From Flavobacteriaceae bacterium (GTDB lineage Bacteria; Bacteroidota; Bacteroidia; Flavobacteriales; Flavobacteriaceae): a DNA stretch of 64,000 nt. Position 1 is the first letter of the stretch. Every line of letters begins with the position of its first letter. The notes beneath the pieces are model-generated. The model made no database searches. It had not been told where the DNA came from and was given only the letters and a program-made list of their open reading frames with translations. The stretch is taken from assembly GCA_026710085.1 (NCBI GenBank), contig JAPORT010000050.1, forward strand, positions 3,227 through 67,226. The letters are read 5' to 3'. This document shows, one piece after another, positions 9,397-21,076 of this stretch. The translations under genes and the position numbers were made by a program.

Positions 9397-10638
9397 ATGC
9401 CTAAATTAAAAGTCCAAAATCCGATTGTGGAATTAGATGGAGATGAAATGACTCGAATCATTTGGGAGTTCATCAAAAATCAACTCATTCTTCCCTACCT
9501 TGATTTAGATATTAAATACTATGATTTATCCATAACAAGTCGGGATAAAACAAAGGATGAAATCACCATTGAAGCAGCAAAGGCTATAAAAACATTCCAT
9601 GTCGGTATCAAATGTGCCACCATCACTCCTGATGAATCTCGAGTTGAAGAGTTTGGATTATCTAAAATGTGGCGCTCTCCCAATGGCACCATCAGAAACA
9701 TCGTTGGCGGAACTGTCTTTAGAGAACCTGTTATTATTAATAACATTCCTCGAATTGTTCCTGGCTGGACTTTACCTATTTGTATTGGAAGACATGCCTT
9801 TGGAGATCAATACAGAGCTGTCGACACTTCAATAGAGCAAAAGGGAAAACTCACCATGACATTCACTCCAGAGAACGGAAATCCTCAAACTTGGGAAGTT
9901 TATGATTATGATTCTCCGGGCGTAGCCATGTGTATGTTCAATGTTGATGAATCGATTTATGGCTTTGCTAGATCCTGCATGAATCAAGCCATTAATAAAA
10001 AATGGCCCTTATATCTTTCGACGAAAAACACCATTCTCAAAGCTTATGATGGACGGTTTAAAGATATTTTTCAAGAAGTATATGACCATGAGTTTAAAAC
10101 CCAATTTAAAAATCTTGGCATCACCTATGAACATCGTTTGATTGATGATATGGTTGCAGCAGCTTTAAAATGGTCAGGAGGTTTCGTTTGGGCTTGTAAA
10201 AATTATGATGGAGATGTTCAATCCGATACGGTCGCCCAAGGATTTGGCTCCTTAGGATTGATGACCTCGACATTAGTGACTCCCGATGGAAAAACCATGG
10301 AAGCCGAAGCTGCCCATGGAACGGTGACAAGACACTACAGAGAGCATCAAAAAGGAAATCCAACATCCACAAATCCTATTGCTTCCATTTTCGCATGGAC
10401 AAGAGGTCTTATGCACAGAGCCAAACTGGATGAAAATGAGGAGCTCAAGAATTTCTGTCTCGCATTAGAAACTGTTTGTATCCAAACTGTAGAATCTGGA
10501 AAGATGACCAAAGATTTGGCGCTATTGATTCATGGCTCAAAAACAACATCCCAGCATTACTTGAACACTTCTGAATTTTTAGCCGAAATCAGAGGCCGAT
10601 TGGATGAACATTTGTCATCAGCTTCATTCAACCGCTAA
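9397..10638 (+). CDS. icd: NADP-dependent isocitrate dehydrogenase (413-aa IDH1-like subfamily)
   Basis: [38 protein letters not shown] motifs. Confidence 0.95.
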   Translation: MPKLKVQNPIVELDGDEMTRIIWEFIKNQLILPYLDLDIKYYDLSITSRDKTKDEITIEAAKAIKTFHVGIKCATITPDESRVEEFGLSKMWRSPNGTIRNIVGGTVFREPVIINNIPRIVPGWTLPICIGRHAFGDQYRAVDTSIEQKGKLTMTFTPENGNPQTWEVYDYDSPGVAMCMFNVDESIYGFARSCMNQAINKKWPLYLSTKNTILKAYDGRFKDIFQEVYDHEFKTQFKNLGITYEHRLIDDMVAAALKWSGGFVWACKNYDGDVQSDTVAQGFGSLGLMTSTLVTPDGKTMEAEAAHGTVTRHYREHQKGNPTSTNPIASIFAWTRGLMHRAKLDENEELKNFCLALETVCIQTVESGKMTKDLALLIHGSKTTSQHYLNTSEFLAEIRGRLDEHLSSASFNR

Positions 10639-10661
10639 AGAACTCTTTCTTTCGTCAAAAG

Positions 10662-11486
10662 ATGACTGAATTTATAAGAATCACCGAACAAGATTCCAAT
10701 CATCGTGATTTAGAACAGAAAACTGTGGAACAATTAGTTCACGGAATTCACCAAGAAGATGTTTCTGCGATAAGAGCTCTTGGTGGTGTATTGGATCGAG
10801 TGGTCCCCCTGATAAAGGTTGTGATCCAGCGATTAAAAAATAGAGGACGATTGTTTTATATCGGGGCAGGAACCTCGGGGAGACTTGGTGTTTTAGATGC
10901 TTCAGAATGCCCTCCAACTTATGGAGTTTCTCCCGACTTAGTCATCGGGATCATTGCTGGAGGAGATGATGCGCTTCGCAATTCGATTGAACATTCTGAA
11001 GACGACGTCTCACAATGTTGGAAAGATTTATCTAAATATCGTGTTTCCCAACAAGACATTGTGATTGGTATCGCAGCCTCGGGAACAACACCCTATGTCG
11101 TGGGTGGTTTATCTGATTGTCAAAAAAATGGGATTACTACGGGATCTATTACCTGTAATCCAAATGCTCCAATGAGTCAAGTGAGTGACTTTCCTATTGA
11201 AGTGATTGTCGGACCCGAATACGTCACGGGTTCTTCACGAATGAAAGCTGGTACCGTTCAAAAATTAATACTCAATATGATTTCGACGGCAACAATGATT
11301 CAACTAGGGCATATCAAGGGGAATAAAATGGTGGATATGAAATTGGCCAACAATAAGCTAAAAAAAAGAGCTGTTGGCATCTTGGTAAAGGAATTGAAGA
11401 CATCAGAAGACAAAGCCCAACAATTATTAAAAAAACATGGAAGTATTCGAAGTGTTCTCCAATCTTATAAATCAGATTCACAGTGA
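10662..11486 (+). CDS. murQ: N-acetylmuramic acid 6-phosphate etherase
   Basis: SIS-domain motifs GAGTSGRLGVLDASECPPTYG, AASGTTPYV, GSSRMKAGTVQK. Confidence 0.9.
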   Translation: MTEFIRITEQDSNHRDLEQKTVEQLVHGIHQEDVSAIRALGGVLDRVVPLIKVVIQRLKNRGRLFYIGAGTSGRLGVLDASECPPTYGVSPDLVIGIIAGGDDALRNSIEHSEDDVSQCWKDLSKYRVSQQDIVIGIAASGTTPYVVGGLSDCQKNGITTGSITCNPNAPMSQVSDFPIEVIVGPEYVTGSSRMKAGTVQKLILNMISTATMIQLGHIKGNKMVDMKLANNKLKKRAVGILVKELKTSEDKAQQLLKKHGSIRSVLQSYKSDSQ

Positions 11487-11716
11487 CCAAAAGACAAATT
11501 CGGCTCATATTGACCTATTTGATACTCTTTGTCATCTGTGGATTTATTTCCATGGTATTGATTGTCAATGCTTTTCAAAATAAAGATCATCGACTCTACT
11601 ATCCGGTATTGATTTTTGGGATTTTGGTCTTTATCACTTCTATTTATTATGGCTATATGGGGGTGGATACATTAAAAATCAGTCTCCTTGGTAAAAAATC
11701 CAAACCAAAAAACTAA
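11483..11716 (+). CDS. small membrane protein (two predicted TM helices)
   Basis: Hydrophobic 77-aa ORF with 4-nt overlap to the murQ stop; no recognisable family. Confidence 0.45.
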   Translation: MTKRQIRLILTYLILFVICGFISMVLIVNAFQNKDHRLYYPVLIFGILVFITSIYYGYMGVDTLKISLLGKKSKPKN

Positions 11717-11734
11717 CGGGCATTCCAATAACTC

Positions 11735-13696
11735 ATGATTACAATTGCTTTTCCTTCAGGTGAAAAAAAAACTTTTGAAAAAGGAATATCTGCTCATGAT
11801 ATAGCCTTTTCCATTAGCAGAGGATTAGGACAAACTGCCCTTTCAGCTCGATTCAACAATCAAATCATTGAACTATCTCAAAGCATCGAAACTGATGGCG
11901 CCATCGAATTCTACACATGGAGTGATTCAGAAGGTAAAAAAGCTTTTTGGCATTCATCTGCTCATGTTTTAGCTCAAGTATTAGTGGAATTATATCCTGA
12001 TTGTCATTTAACAATCGGTCCCCCTATAGATCAAGGATTTTACTATGATGTTTCTTTCAACGGTAATGCGCCCTCTGCCCGGGACTTTCAAACTATTGAG
12101 AATCGTTTTAAGGAACATGCTCGTAAAAAATACCCTTTTCTAATGCGTTCTGTTTCCAAAGAAGATGCCCTTGATTACTACAAAAAAGAAAAAAATCCAT
12201 ACAAAGTAGAGCTTATTGAAAATCTAACTGACGGAGACATTACTTTTTGTGATCACGCGGATTTCACTGATTTATGTCGAGGAGGGCACATCCCTAATAC
12301 TGGATACATCAAAGCTATCAAACTTTTAAATATTTCAGGAGCGTTTTGGAGAGCTAATCAATCCAATGCACAACTCACAAGAATTTATGGTATTTCCTTT
12401 CCAAAACAAAAATATTTGAACGAATACCTCCAAATGATTCAAGAAGCAAAAAAAAGAGATCATCGCGTTATCGGGAAACAATTAGGATTGTTTACCTTTT
12501 CCAATCATGTTGGCGCCGGTCTTCCTCTTTGGCTTCCTGATGGTGCTGCTTTGAGACAACGACTGGAAGAATTCATGAGGGATGCTCAAAAAAGAGCTGG
12601 ATATGACTTTGTCATCACCCCTCACATTGGTGCTAAACAACTTTACGTGACTTCGGGGCATTTTGAAAAATATAGTGCCGACAATTTTGGCCCCATTAAA
12701 ACACCCGATCAAACTGAAGAGTTTTTACTCAAATCGATGAATTGTCCTCATCATTGTGAAATCTATAATTCCCAACAATGGAGTTATAAAAATTTGCCCG
12801 TACGTTATTCTGAATTTGGGACTGTCTATCGTTACGAACAAAGTGGCGAATTACATGGATTGACTAGAGTTCGAGGTTTTACTCAGGATGATGCGCACAT
12901 CTTTTGTACTCCCGAACAATTAAACCAAGAATTTAAAAAGGTCATTGATTTGGTTCTCTATGTTTTTGAATCGTTAAGTTTTAAAGAGTTTACAGCACAA
13001 GTTTCTTTAAAAGATCCCAAAACTCCAGAAAAATACCTAGGGGACGAAAAGCAATGGGAAAAAGCTCAAAATGCCATCATCAAAGCGACTAAAGAAAAAG
13101 GACTCGATTATACCATTGAAGTCGGTGAAGCTGCCTTTTATGGGCCTAAGTTGGATTTTATGGTCAAAGACACCCTTCAAAGAAAATGGCAATTAGGAAC
13201 CATTCAAGTTGATTATAACCTACCTGAACGCTTTGACTTGGTCTATAAAGGAAAAGATGATAAACTTCATCGACCGATCATGATCCATCGAGCTCCTTTT
13301 GGTAGTTTGGAACGTTTTGTGGCCATATTGATTGAACATACTGCTGGAGAATTTCCTCTTTGGTTGACGCCTCACCAAGTAAAAATCCTTTGTGTGGGTG
13401 AAAGTCATCATCAATATGCCCAAAAAGTGGCTCAATCCTTAGAAAATTCCGATATTCGCACGCGAATCGATATGAGAAATCAAACAGTTGGTAAAAAAAT
13501 TAGAGATGCCGAAATTTCTAAAACTCCATACATGTTGTTGATTGGAGATCAAGAAATTGAAACAAAGACTTTATCGGTTCGAAAACACAAAGAAGGTGAT
13601 ATCGGATCCATGTCTTTAAATCAATTTATTTCTGAAGTCAAACAAAAAGTCAAAGAGGAAGTCTCATCTTTTGAAAATAACCATTTAAAACAATAA
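11735..13696 (+). CDS. thrS: threonine--tRNA ligase
   Basis: TGS, editing (HSSAHVLA) and class II core (FRYEQSGELHGLTRVRGFTQDDAHIF) motifs; 653 aa. Confidence 0.97.
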   Translation: MITIAFPSGEKKTFEKGISAHDIAFSISRGLGQTALSARFNNQIIELSQSIETDGAIEFYTWSDSEGKKAFWHSSAHVLAQVLVELYPDCHLTIGPPIDQGFYYDVSFNGNAPSARDFQTIENRFKEHARKKYPFLMRSVSKEDALDYYKKEKNPYKVELIENLTDGDITFCDHADFTDLCRGGHIPNTGYIKAIKLLNISGAFWRANQSNAQLTRIYGISFPKQKYLNEYLQMIQEAKKRDHRVIGKQLGLFTFSNHVGAGLPLWLPDGAALRQRLEEFMRDAQKRAGYDFVITPHIGAKQLYVTSGHFEKYSADNFGPIKTPDQTEEFLLKSMNCPHHCEIYNSQQWSYKNLPVRYSEFGTVYRYEQSGELHGLTRVRGFTQDDAHIFCTPEQLNQEFKKVIDLVLYVFESLSFKEFTAQVSLKDPKTPEKYLGDEKQWEKAQNAIIKATKEKGLDYTIEVGEAAFYGPKLDFMVKDTLQRKWQLGTIQVDYNLPERFDLVYKGKDDKLHRPIMIHRAPFGSLERFVAILIEHTAGEFPLWLTPHQVKILCVGESHHQYAQKVAQSLENSDIRTRIDMRNQTVGKKIRDAEISKTPYMLLIGDQEIETKTLSVRKHKEGDIGSMSLNQFISEVKQKVKEEVSSFENNHLKQ

Positions 13697-13699
13697 GTC

Positions 13700-14254
13700 A
13701 TAGGCATACGTAGAAGGAGAAGTCATCGACCTGCTCGAATTATTCGAGAAGATCCTCACAAGATTAACGAGAAAATAACCGCTAATGAATTAAGACTGGT
13801 TGGGAACAATGTTGAAGTTGGTATCTATACCCTCAATAGAGCTCTAGAAATCGCTCGACAAAAAGAGCTTGATTTAGTGGAAATTTCTCCTAATGCCAAA
13901 CCTCCAGTATGCAAAATATTAGATTATAAAAAGTTTTTATTTGAACAGAGAAGAAGAGAAAAGGAGATTAAATCAAGGGCTTCCAAAGTGGTGGTCAAAG
14001 AAATTCGATTTGGCCCTAATACCGACGAACATGATTATGAATTTAAAAAGAAACACGCCATCAAGTTTTTAAATGAAGGAGCCAAAATCAAAGCTTTTGT
14101 TTTTTTTAAAGGACGTTCCATCATGTTCAAAGATAAGGGACATATATTACTTTTGCGCTTGGCCCAAGAATTAGAAGAATACGGTAAAATTGAAAAGATG
14201 CCAGAACTCGAAGGAAAAAGAATGACCATGATAATCAATCCTAAAAAAAATTAG
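13700..14254 (+). CDS. infC: translation initiation factor IF-3 with a non-canonical start codon
   Basis: The IF-3 frame is open from the thrS TAA (13694-13696). My translation is [76 protein letters not shown]... There is no ATG/GTG/TTG before the conserved N-domain, and ATA codons lie at 13700 and 13706. Confidence 0.85.
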   Translation: MGIRRRRSHRPARIIREDPHKINEKITANELRLVGNNVEVGIYTLNRALEIARQKELDLVEISPNAKPPVCKILDYKKFLFEQRRREKEIKSRASKVVVKEIRFGPNTDEHDYEFKKKHAIKFLNEGAKIKAFVFFKGRSIMFKDKGHILLLRLAQELEEYGKIEKMPELEGKRMTMIINPKKN

Positions 14255-14259
14255 ATCTC

Positions 14260-14457
14260 ATGCCAAAACAAAAGACCAATTCAAGTGCAAAAAAAAGGTT
14301 TCGTCTGACAGGTAGTGGAAAGCTCAAGCGCAATCAATCCAATAAACGTCACTTATTGACCAAAAAAACCAAAAAAAGAAAACTGAGATTAACCCATTCG
14401 ACATTAGTTCATCAAAGTGATGCTGATAATGTCCGAAGACAATTAGGATTAAAATAA
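14260..14457 (+). CDS. rpmI: 50S ribosomal protein L35
   Basis: [24 protein letters not shown]... is typical of L35. Confidence 0.95.
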   Translation: MPKQKTNSSAKKRFRLTGSGKLKRNQSNKRHLLTKKTKKRKLRLTHSTLVHQSDADNVRRQLGLK

Positions 14458-14489
14458 ATTTATTTTTCATCAATAAAAATCAATAAAAA

Positions 14490-14837
14490 ATGCCTAAAGC
14501 GAAAAATACAGTTGCTTCTCGTGCGAGACGAAAGAAAATTTTAAAGTTTGCCAAAGGATACTATGGTCGAAGAAAAAATGTCTGGACAGTTGCAAAAAAT
14601 GCCGTTGAGAAGGGATGGACTTATGCCTATCGTGATCGAAGAACCAAAAAGAGAAATTTTCGTGCTCTATGGATTGTCAGAATCAATGCAGCTGCTAGAC
14701 AACATGGATTTTCTTATAGTGATTTCATACAAAAAGTCCAAGCTTCGAACATCAAACTCAATCGAAAAGTTTTGGCTGACTTGGCCATGAACCATCCTAA
14801 TGCATTTGAAGCCATCGTCAAAAAAGTCACTACTTGA
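14490..14837 (+). CDS. rplT: 50S ribosomal protein L20
   Basis: [20 protein letters not shown]...[24 protein letters not shown] is typical of L20. Confidence 0.95.
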   Translation: MPKAKNTVASRARRKKILKFAKGYYGRRKNVWTVAKNAVEKGWTYAYRDRRTKKRNFRALWIVRINAAARQHGFSYSDFIQKVQASNIKLNRKVLADLAMNHPNAFEAIVKKVTT

Positions 14838-14905
14838 ACTTTTTAGTGTAACATTTTTCCATTGATGATCGTTTATTACAACATCACCAATCGTTTACTT
14901 GCTGA

Positions 14906-17446
14906 GTGAAGTTACTCTTTACTATTCTTGGATGTCTTGGAATTTTGTTTGACGGAATCGCTCAGCAACCTGCAGGAAACAGACCAAGTTTTAGTCGAGG
15001 GAACCTAAACCCCATCACTATGAGCGGTCAGATTGTGTCTCAGCAATCTAAAGAGCCTTTAGCCTTTGCTACCGTTTTATTTCGAAATAGTCAATTTCCA
15101 AATCGACCTCAGGGAGGCATTACCGATGATGAAGGTTTGTTTGAAATTGAAGTCGTACCTGGAGATTATGTCATCGAGATTGAATTTATTGGTTTTGAAA
15201 GCATGATTATCGATCAACAAGTTTATTCTGAAACCACCGATTTGGGGGTTATTGAATTAATTCTTGAATCCAAAGAACTTGATGAAATTGAATTGGTTGG
15301 GGAACGAACCACAGTCGAAATCAAGCTTGATCGAAAAATTTATAATGTAGGTTCCGACATCACCGTTAGGGGTGGAAGTGTTTCGGATGTTTTAGATAAT
15401 GTCCCTTCTGTAAGTGTTGATGTTGAAGGAAATGTCGCCCTTCGAGGGAATAACAATGTCCGCATCTTAATCAATGGAAAACCATCCGGGCTCGTTGGGC
15501 TATCAGGACCTCAAGGACTCCGGTCGCTCCCTGCAGAATCCATTGAGCGAGTTGAAGTGATTACGTCTCCTTCGGCTCGATATAGTGCTGAAGGAACTGC
15601 TGGAATTTTGAATATCATCTTAAAAAAGCAAGATTTGTATGGCATCAATGGTAATTTGATTGGTAGCATCGGAGAACCTGATCTTGCAAGTGGATCGGCA
15701 ACTTTAAACTGGCGAAGGGAGGAGTTTAATCTATTTACAACTAATTCTTATAACTATAGTAATAATTCAGGATACTTTTCCAATAACAACACGTATTATA
15801 ATATCGATGCTGAAGGGGTTGATCAACCAGATACCTTTTTATCTGAGTATCGGGATGCCAATCGTAAACGCAATGGCTATTTTACGACCGTTGGTTTGGA
15901 ATACTTTTTTGATGAAAAAACTTCCATAACCCTCAATGGATTTTATAGAGAATCCGATGGGAAAGATCGTACGCCTAATGAAATTGAAGAGTTCGATAGC
16001 AATCGAACTCCCATTAGCTTGACTGAAAGAACCGAATTAGAAGACGAAACGGATATTTCCAAACAAGTTAGTCTTAATTTTTTCAAAGACTATGAACAGC
16101 GAGATCATCGGTTAACAGCAACGCTTCAGTATGAAGAAAGTTCTGAAGATGAGCTAGCTAATATTTCTAATGAATCTATCTTTCCTCAAAAGAGTCTTCT
16201 ACAAAAAGAACGAAATATCACGATCGAAGACGATCGACGCATCCTAGTCCAAACTGATTATGTCAAACCTTATGAGAATGGCAATCAATTTGAAATTGGA
16301 TTTAGAGGAAACTATACCAATCAATTGATTGATTACCAAGTGAGTTTTAATAGAAATGATCATCGTGAGTTCACATTAGATACTGATTTATCCAATGTCT
16401 TAGAATACAAAGAATATATTACTGCAGGTTATTCCCAATACGGCATCCAATGGGATAAGTTTGGTGTTTTGTTAGGGATCAGGGTCGAATATTCAAAAAT
16501 CACAGTCAATCAAAAAACAACCAATGATTTAAGTATTCGAGACTATACAGACTTTTTTCCAACGGTCAACGTGTCTTTGGAAGTCAATGAGAAAACATCG
16601 TTTCAATTAGGATATAGTCGCCGAATAAGCAGACCTCGATCCCGATTTATCAACCCCTTTCCTTCAAGATCAAGTGTCACTAATTTATTTCAAGGAAATC
16701 CAGATTTGGATCCAACCTATTCAAACTCTTTTGATTTAGGTTTTTTAAGACGTTGGGATAAGATGACCTTTAATGCTTCAACCTATTACTCTAAAGCCAC
16801 TAATAATTTCGTTTTCGTCAATGAAGATACAGGCATGCTTGTCACGATTAGTGGTGATCCAGATAATCCCAATCGTCAACTCACTCAAGTGCCCGTGATT
16901 CGAAGGTCTCCAGTCAACTTAACATCCAATATTCGTTTGGGAACTGAGTTTAGCATTTCATGGTTTCCATCTCGAGATTTTCGATTGAATGGAAATTTCA
17001 ATTTATTTCATTCTTCAATAGATGGAGATTACAATGGCATTAATTATGATGCATCTAATTTGAGTTGGTTTGCTCGATTGAATGCCAACATTCAACTTCC
17101 TTTTGATATCGATATGCAATTACGAGGCTTTTACTTTGGACCATCTGAAGATGCCATTAATAAACGACGGGGAAACTTCATTGCCTCGGGTGCACTCAAT
17201 AAACGAATCTTCAAGGAAAAAGGAACGATTTCTTTTAGAGTGTCTGATATTTTCAATTCTGCCAAAAGACAGATTGAAACCTTTGCGCCTACTTTTTATA
17301 CCGAAACTGAAATACAGTGGAGACCTCCTTCCTTTGTCCTTTCTTTAAGTTACATCATTAATGAGCGACGTGATAATCGCCGCCGCAGTCAAGGACGAGG
17401 TAATGATGGTGGCGGATTTCAAGATGGGGAAGGTTTTGATTTCTAA
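14906..17446 (+). CDS. TonB-dependent outer-membrane receptor with N-terminal CarboxypepD_reg-like domain
   Basis: Signal peptide, carboxypeptidase-regulatory-like fold (FATVLF...GLFEIEVVPGDYVIEIEFIGF), plug (VEVITSPSARYSAEG) and a long beta-barrel ending in an aromatic residue. Confidence 0.85.
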   Translation: MKLLFTILGCLGILFDGIAQQPAGNRPSFSRGNLNPITMSGQIVSQQSKEPLAFATVLFRNSQFPNRPQGGITDDEGLFEIEVVPGDYVIEIEFIGFESMIIDQQVYSETTDLGVIELILESKELDEIELVGERTTVEIKLDRKIYNVGSDITVRGGSVSDVLDNVPSVSVDVEGNVALRGNNNVRILINGKPSGLVGLSGPQGLRSLPAESIERVEVITSPSARYSAEGTAGILNIILKKQDLYGINGNLIGSIGEPDLASGSATLNWRREEFNLFTTNSYNYSNNSGYFSNNNTYYNIDAEGVDQPDTFLSEYRDANRKRNGYFTTVGLEYFFDEKTSITLNGFYRESDGKDRTPNEIEEFDSNRTPISLTERTELEDETDISKQVSLNFFKDYEQRDHRLTATLQYEESSEDELANISNESIFPQKSLLQKERNITIEDDRRILVQTDYVKPYENGNQFEIGFRGNYTNQLIDYQVSFNRNDHREFTLDTDLSNVLEYKEYITAGYSQYGIQWDKFGVLLGIRVEYSKITVNQKTTNDLSIRDYTDFFPTVNVSLEVNEKTSFQLGYSRRISRPRSRFINPFPSRSSVTNLFQGNPDLDPTYSNSFDLGFLRRWDKMTFNASTYYSKATNNFVFVNEDTGMLVTISGDPDNPNRQLTQVPVIRRSPVNLTSNIRLGTEFSISWFPSRDFRLNGNFNLFHSSIDGDYNGINYDASNLSWFARLNANIQLPFDIDMQLRGFYFGPSEDAINKRRGNFIASGALNKRIFKEKGTISFRVSDIFNSAKRQIETFAPTFYTETEIQWRPPSFVLSLSYIINERRDNRRRSQGRGNDGGGFQDGEGFDF

Positions 17447-18256
17447 AATCAAACCCCATTCGCTTTGTTTATAGTGAATTTTCACTTTGCAAAATCGAGT
17501 TATTGAAAGTAAAAAGGCTCTACTACAAAAGTTATTAATTATGAGATAAAAGAATATAAGGAGGCAAGAAAAGATTTTGAAAAATGATACTAGAGACCAT
17601 TGAAAGTTCCAATAAATTTAAACTCAATGAACTGTACACTCCCAAAATCTACAGAGCTTATTTACTAGCCAATGACCAAGTACAATTACTCAATATACAC
17701 CGATACCTATTTTTTTAATCTAGGTGCTATTGAATGTATCGTAGTGAATTCTACAACTTATACTAATTTGCGTTTTAAATTACTTTTCAAAGTCGGGACA
17801 TAATCTTTATGTTTCATAATATATCTCGTTGATTTAAAGGGAATAAGAGTAAAAACTAGGTGCATATAATACAGAAGAAAAATTGGCGTTATGACAATCA
17901 AAAAGCTCATTTGAATCGGATTCTATTTGTTGTTTGTTAGTCAAAAATTATCCTTATAAAAGTTCTTCTATGTTTTTCCTAATGTATTTGTCATGCTACT
18001 TTTTTTCTTTCCATCACATAGTCACAAGAGAGATAGTATGATAGCTAGAGATATCAAAGATTTCCCAGTTAATCCCACAATGTGTCCTGTTTCTTTTAAT
18101 CCATTTTCCATAACATACACAGCATCTATTCCTGAAAGAAAACACAATCCACATAATAGAATCAGAGGCATAATCCTATGTTTTTCTACCCCCTTTGTTT
18201 TAGGCTGATACTCATTCATGTGTTAAGTTCTTTAAAATTCATTTGTAACAACTGGT

Positions 18257-19195
18257 TCAAAGATTAATCTTCACTCCAAAATCAAGACTTAAAGAATAAA
18301 TATTATCGATTTCAGTGTATGATTGAATGGGTTCGGAATCATCCAATCTTATATTGGGTGGGTGGCTTCTCAAGGGATCCCAGACCAATTCTTGAGATTT
18401 CAATTTTCCGTAGTTCGTATAGTTTATTTTAAGCATAACCGATGTCTTTTGGCTGAGATGATATTCGAGTCCTCCCAATATTTTATATGAAATGACCGTA
18501 TCCTTCATCGGTCCGAATGCAGAACTAACCGCTCCAGCCAAATTTTGTTTTATTTGATCTGCATTTTCAAGTTGATTGATGACTGCCGTATTAATGCGTT
18601 CTGCATCATGGAATCGGGCCCAAACACTTGCATATTCAGCCTGCAAACTGCTGATGCCGACACCCAAACCTAAATAAGGACTCCAAGAGCTTAAACGCGC
18701 CAGTTTGAATATGACATTTCCACTGAAACTACTGGATTTCAAATCTCCCAAACGTTCCTCAGCCTTATAAATTTCGCCTTCTAACTTTTCTCTATCAACA
18801 CCTCTTGATTCAAAACCATTCACTTCTGATGTTTCATTATAAGAGGCCACTGAAAAATGATGTTCTAATTCAAATGCGATAGACGAGGTTATTTGAAGAC
18901 CCAATCCAAGACTTCCCGATCGACCGAATGAACTTTCAAAATCAACCGTATAATAATCTCCTACGCCTCTATTCATGTCATCACAACCCGGTATCATCTG
19001 ATAATTTGGATTGATGTATTCATCACAGTAACTCGCTCGATCATTGGAAGCTCCTTTCATTTTCAAACTTGGATGGTAGCCAAGGCCGACATTTATTGTC
19101 GAGTAGAGTTCTATTTGACCCAAAACCGGCGTACAAATCAAGATGAAAATAAAGAGCGTGTAAATCGTTTTTTTCTTGGAATTCATAGGTCTCAA
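18257..19195 (-). CDS. outer-membrane beta-barrel protein (porin/OmpA-like barrel)
   Basis: Signal peptide, alternating amphipathic beta-strand pattern, C-terminal ...LDFGVKINL. Confidence 0.55.
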   Translation of the reverse strand: MRPMNSKKKTIYTLFIFILICTPVLGQIELYSTINVGLGYHPSLKMKGASNDRASYCDEYINPNYQMIPGCDDMNRGVGDYYTVDFESSFGRSGSLGLGLQITSSIAFELEHHFSVASYNETSEVNGFESRGVDREKLEGEIYKAEERLGDLKSSSFSGNVIFKLARLSSWSPYLGLGVGISSLQAEYASVWARFHDAERINTAVINQLENADQIKQNLAGAVSSAFGPMKDTVISYKILGGLEYHLSQKTSVMLKINYTNYGKLKSQELVWDPLRSHPPNIRLDDSEPIQSYTEIDNIYSLSLDFGVKINL

Positions 19196-19366
19196 AATAG
19201 TTTCTATTGGTTATTTCTCGAACAACTCACGAGATTAAAAAATAATTAAAAATCAGTCGTTATGATTGAATCTTTGAGCCAGTCGAAATCGATGAAAAAA
19301 ACTCTTGAAGTTACTGTGTGTCAATTCCATTCCAACTTAAAGAAGAAGATGATCAAATGAAAAACC

Positions 19367-19540
19367 TTAGGGTTTTAAGGGTGATTTTTTTGATTTTATA
19401 AAGGCTTTTATTTTTTCAATCATGGGACCAAAAATCCAATACGGAACAAGAAATGTGGCTAAAAAAATCATGAGCCAAAAGCCCATCAAAACAATTCCAG
19501 TGAATACGATAAATCCTAAATACTGACTGAACTCAAACAT
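19367..19540 (-). CDS. small membrane protein (58 aa from the internal ATG)
   Basis: MFEFSQYLGFIVFTGIVLMGFWLMIFLATFLVPYWIFG... has two hydrophobic helices. The upstream part of the track ORF overlaps the fumC start region and is unlikely to be coding. Confidence 0.4.
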   Translation of the reverse strand: MFEFSQYLGFIVFTGIVLMGFWLMIFLATFLVPYWIFGPMIEKIKAFIKSKKSPLKP

Positions 19541-19675
19541 GTTCCTTGTATTTACGCAAATGTAGTATAATCTCTTTTCGAATACCACATAAAATTCATC
19601 AAGTTTTTTACATCCCACAAATGAGATGCCCGACATTTGACTAATTTTGAATACAATTCGTGGCTCATCTTAAAT

Positions 19676-21073
19676 GTGAAATACCGACTTGAAAAAGATA
19701 CGTTAGGTACTGTACAAGTTCCTAAAGACGCTCTTTGGGGGCCACAGACGCAACGCTCGATCAATAATTTCAAAATTGGTCCTTCGGCATCAATGCCTAT
19801 TGAAATCATCTATGGTTTTGCTATCGTCAAAAAGGCTGCGGCTTATGCCAATCACCAACTAGGTGTATTGAACGAATCCAAAAGAAATTTAATCGCCCAA
19901 GTATGCGATGAAATACTCAATGGGACATTAGACGAGCATTTTCCTCTTGTGATTTGGCAAACAGGCTCTGGGACTCAAACCAATATGAATGTTAATGAAG
20001 TGATTGCCAATAAAGCTCAAATCAATCAAAACAAGGAATTAGGGGCATCACCTATTCTGAAACCCAATGATGATGTCAACAAATCTCAATCATCCAACGA
20101 TACTTTTCCAACAGCGATGCATATTGCGGCCTATCAAATGATACAACATCATACCATTGTTCAAATTGAACAATTAACTGACATTTTTGAAACCAAAGCC
20201 AAACAATTTGAAAAGATTGTTAAAATTGGTCGCACCCATCTGATGGATGCTACACCATTGACATTAGGTCAAGAATTTTCAGGATATGTGCATCAATTGA
20301 AAACGGGATTGAAATCACTGAAACAATCGATGGATCATTTATCAGAATTAGCTCTAGGAGGAACAGCTGTAGGAACGGGATTGAATACCCCCAAAGGATA
20401 CGACAAACTAGTTGCTAAATTCATTTCTGAATTTACACAATTATCCTTTAAAACCGCTTCCAACAAATTTGAAGCTTTATCTTCTCACGATGCCATTATT
20501 GGTACGCACAACGCATTGAAGAAATTAGCCGTCAGTCTCAATAAAATCGGTAATGATATACGCATGTTGGCATCAGGACCAAGAAGTGGATTGGGAGAAC
20601 TATCCCTTCCTTCGAATGAACCAGGCAGTTCCATCATGCCTGGTAAAGTAAATCCCACACAATGTGAGGCCCTCACAATGGTTTGTACTCAAATCATCGG
20701 CAACGATGTTGCACTTTCCTTTGGTGGGGCTCAAGGTCACTTTCAACTCAATGTTTTCAAACCGATGATGGCATACAATATCTTACAGTCTGCAAGATTA
20801 TTGGGAGATGCATGTAAAAGTTTTGGGAAAAACTGTGTCATTGGAATTGAACCTCGATTGGAGCGTATTGAAGAATTAGTTGATCATTCTCTCATGCTTG
20901 TTACTGCCTTAAATCCAACCATTGGATACTACAAAGCTGCTGAAATTGCTCAAAAAGCATACAAAGACAATACCACTTTAAAACAAGCTTGTCTTTCACT
21001 AGGTTATTTAACATCAAAAGAATTTGATTCTTTAATCCAACCTGAGAAAATGACCAACCCCGATCATACATAG
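19676..21073 (+). CDS. fumC: class II fumarate hydratase
   Basis: [16 protein letters not shown] signature and [15 protein letters not shown] 19676 ([16 protein letters not shown]) matches the usual FumC N-terminus better than the track start at 19637. Confidence 0.95.
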   Translation: MKYRLEKDTLGTVQVPKDALWGPQTQRSINNFKIGPSASMPIEIIYGFAIVKKAAAYANHQLGVLNESKRNLIAQVCDEILNGTLDEHFPLVIWQTGSGTQTNMNVNEVIANKAQINQNKELGASPILKPNDDVNKSQSSNDTFPTAMHIAAYQMIQHHTIVQIEQLTDIFETKAKQFEKIVKIGRTHLMDATPLTLGQEFSGYVHQLKTGLKSLKQSMDHLSELALGGTAVGTGLNTPKGYDKLVAKFISEFTQLSFKTASNKFEALSSHDAIIGTHNALKKLAVSLNKIGNDIRMLASGPRSGLGELSLPSNEPGSSIMPGKVNPTQCEALTMVCTQIIGNDVALSFGGAQGHFQLNVFKPMMAYNILQSARLLGDACKSFGKNCVIGIEPRLERIEELVDHSLMLVTALNPTIGYYKAAEIAQKAYKDNTTLKQACLSLGYLTSKEFDSLIQPEKMTNPDHT

Positions 21074-21076
21074 AAG

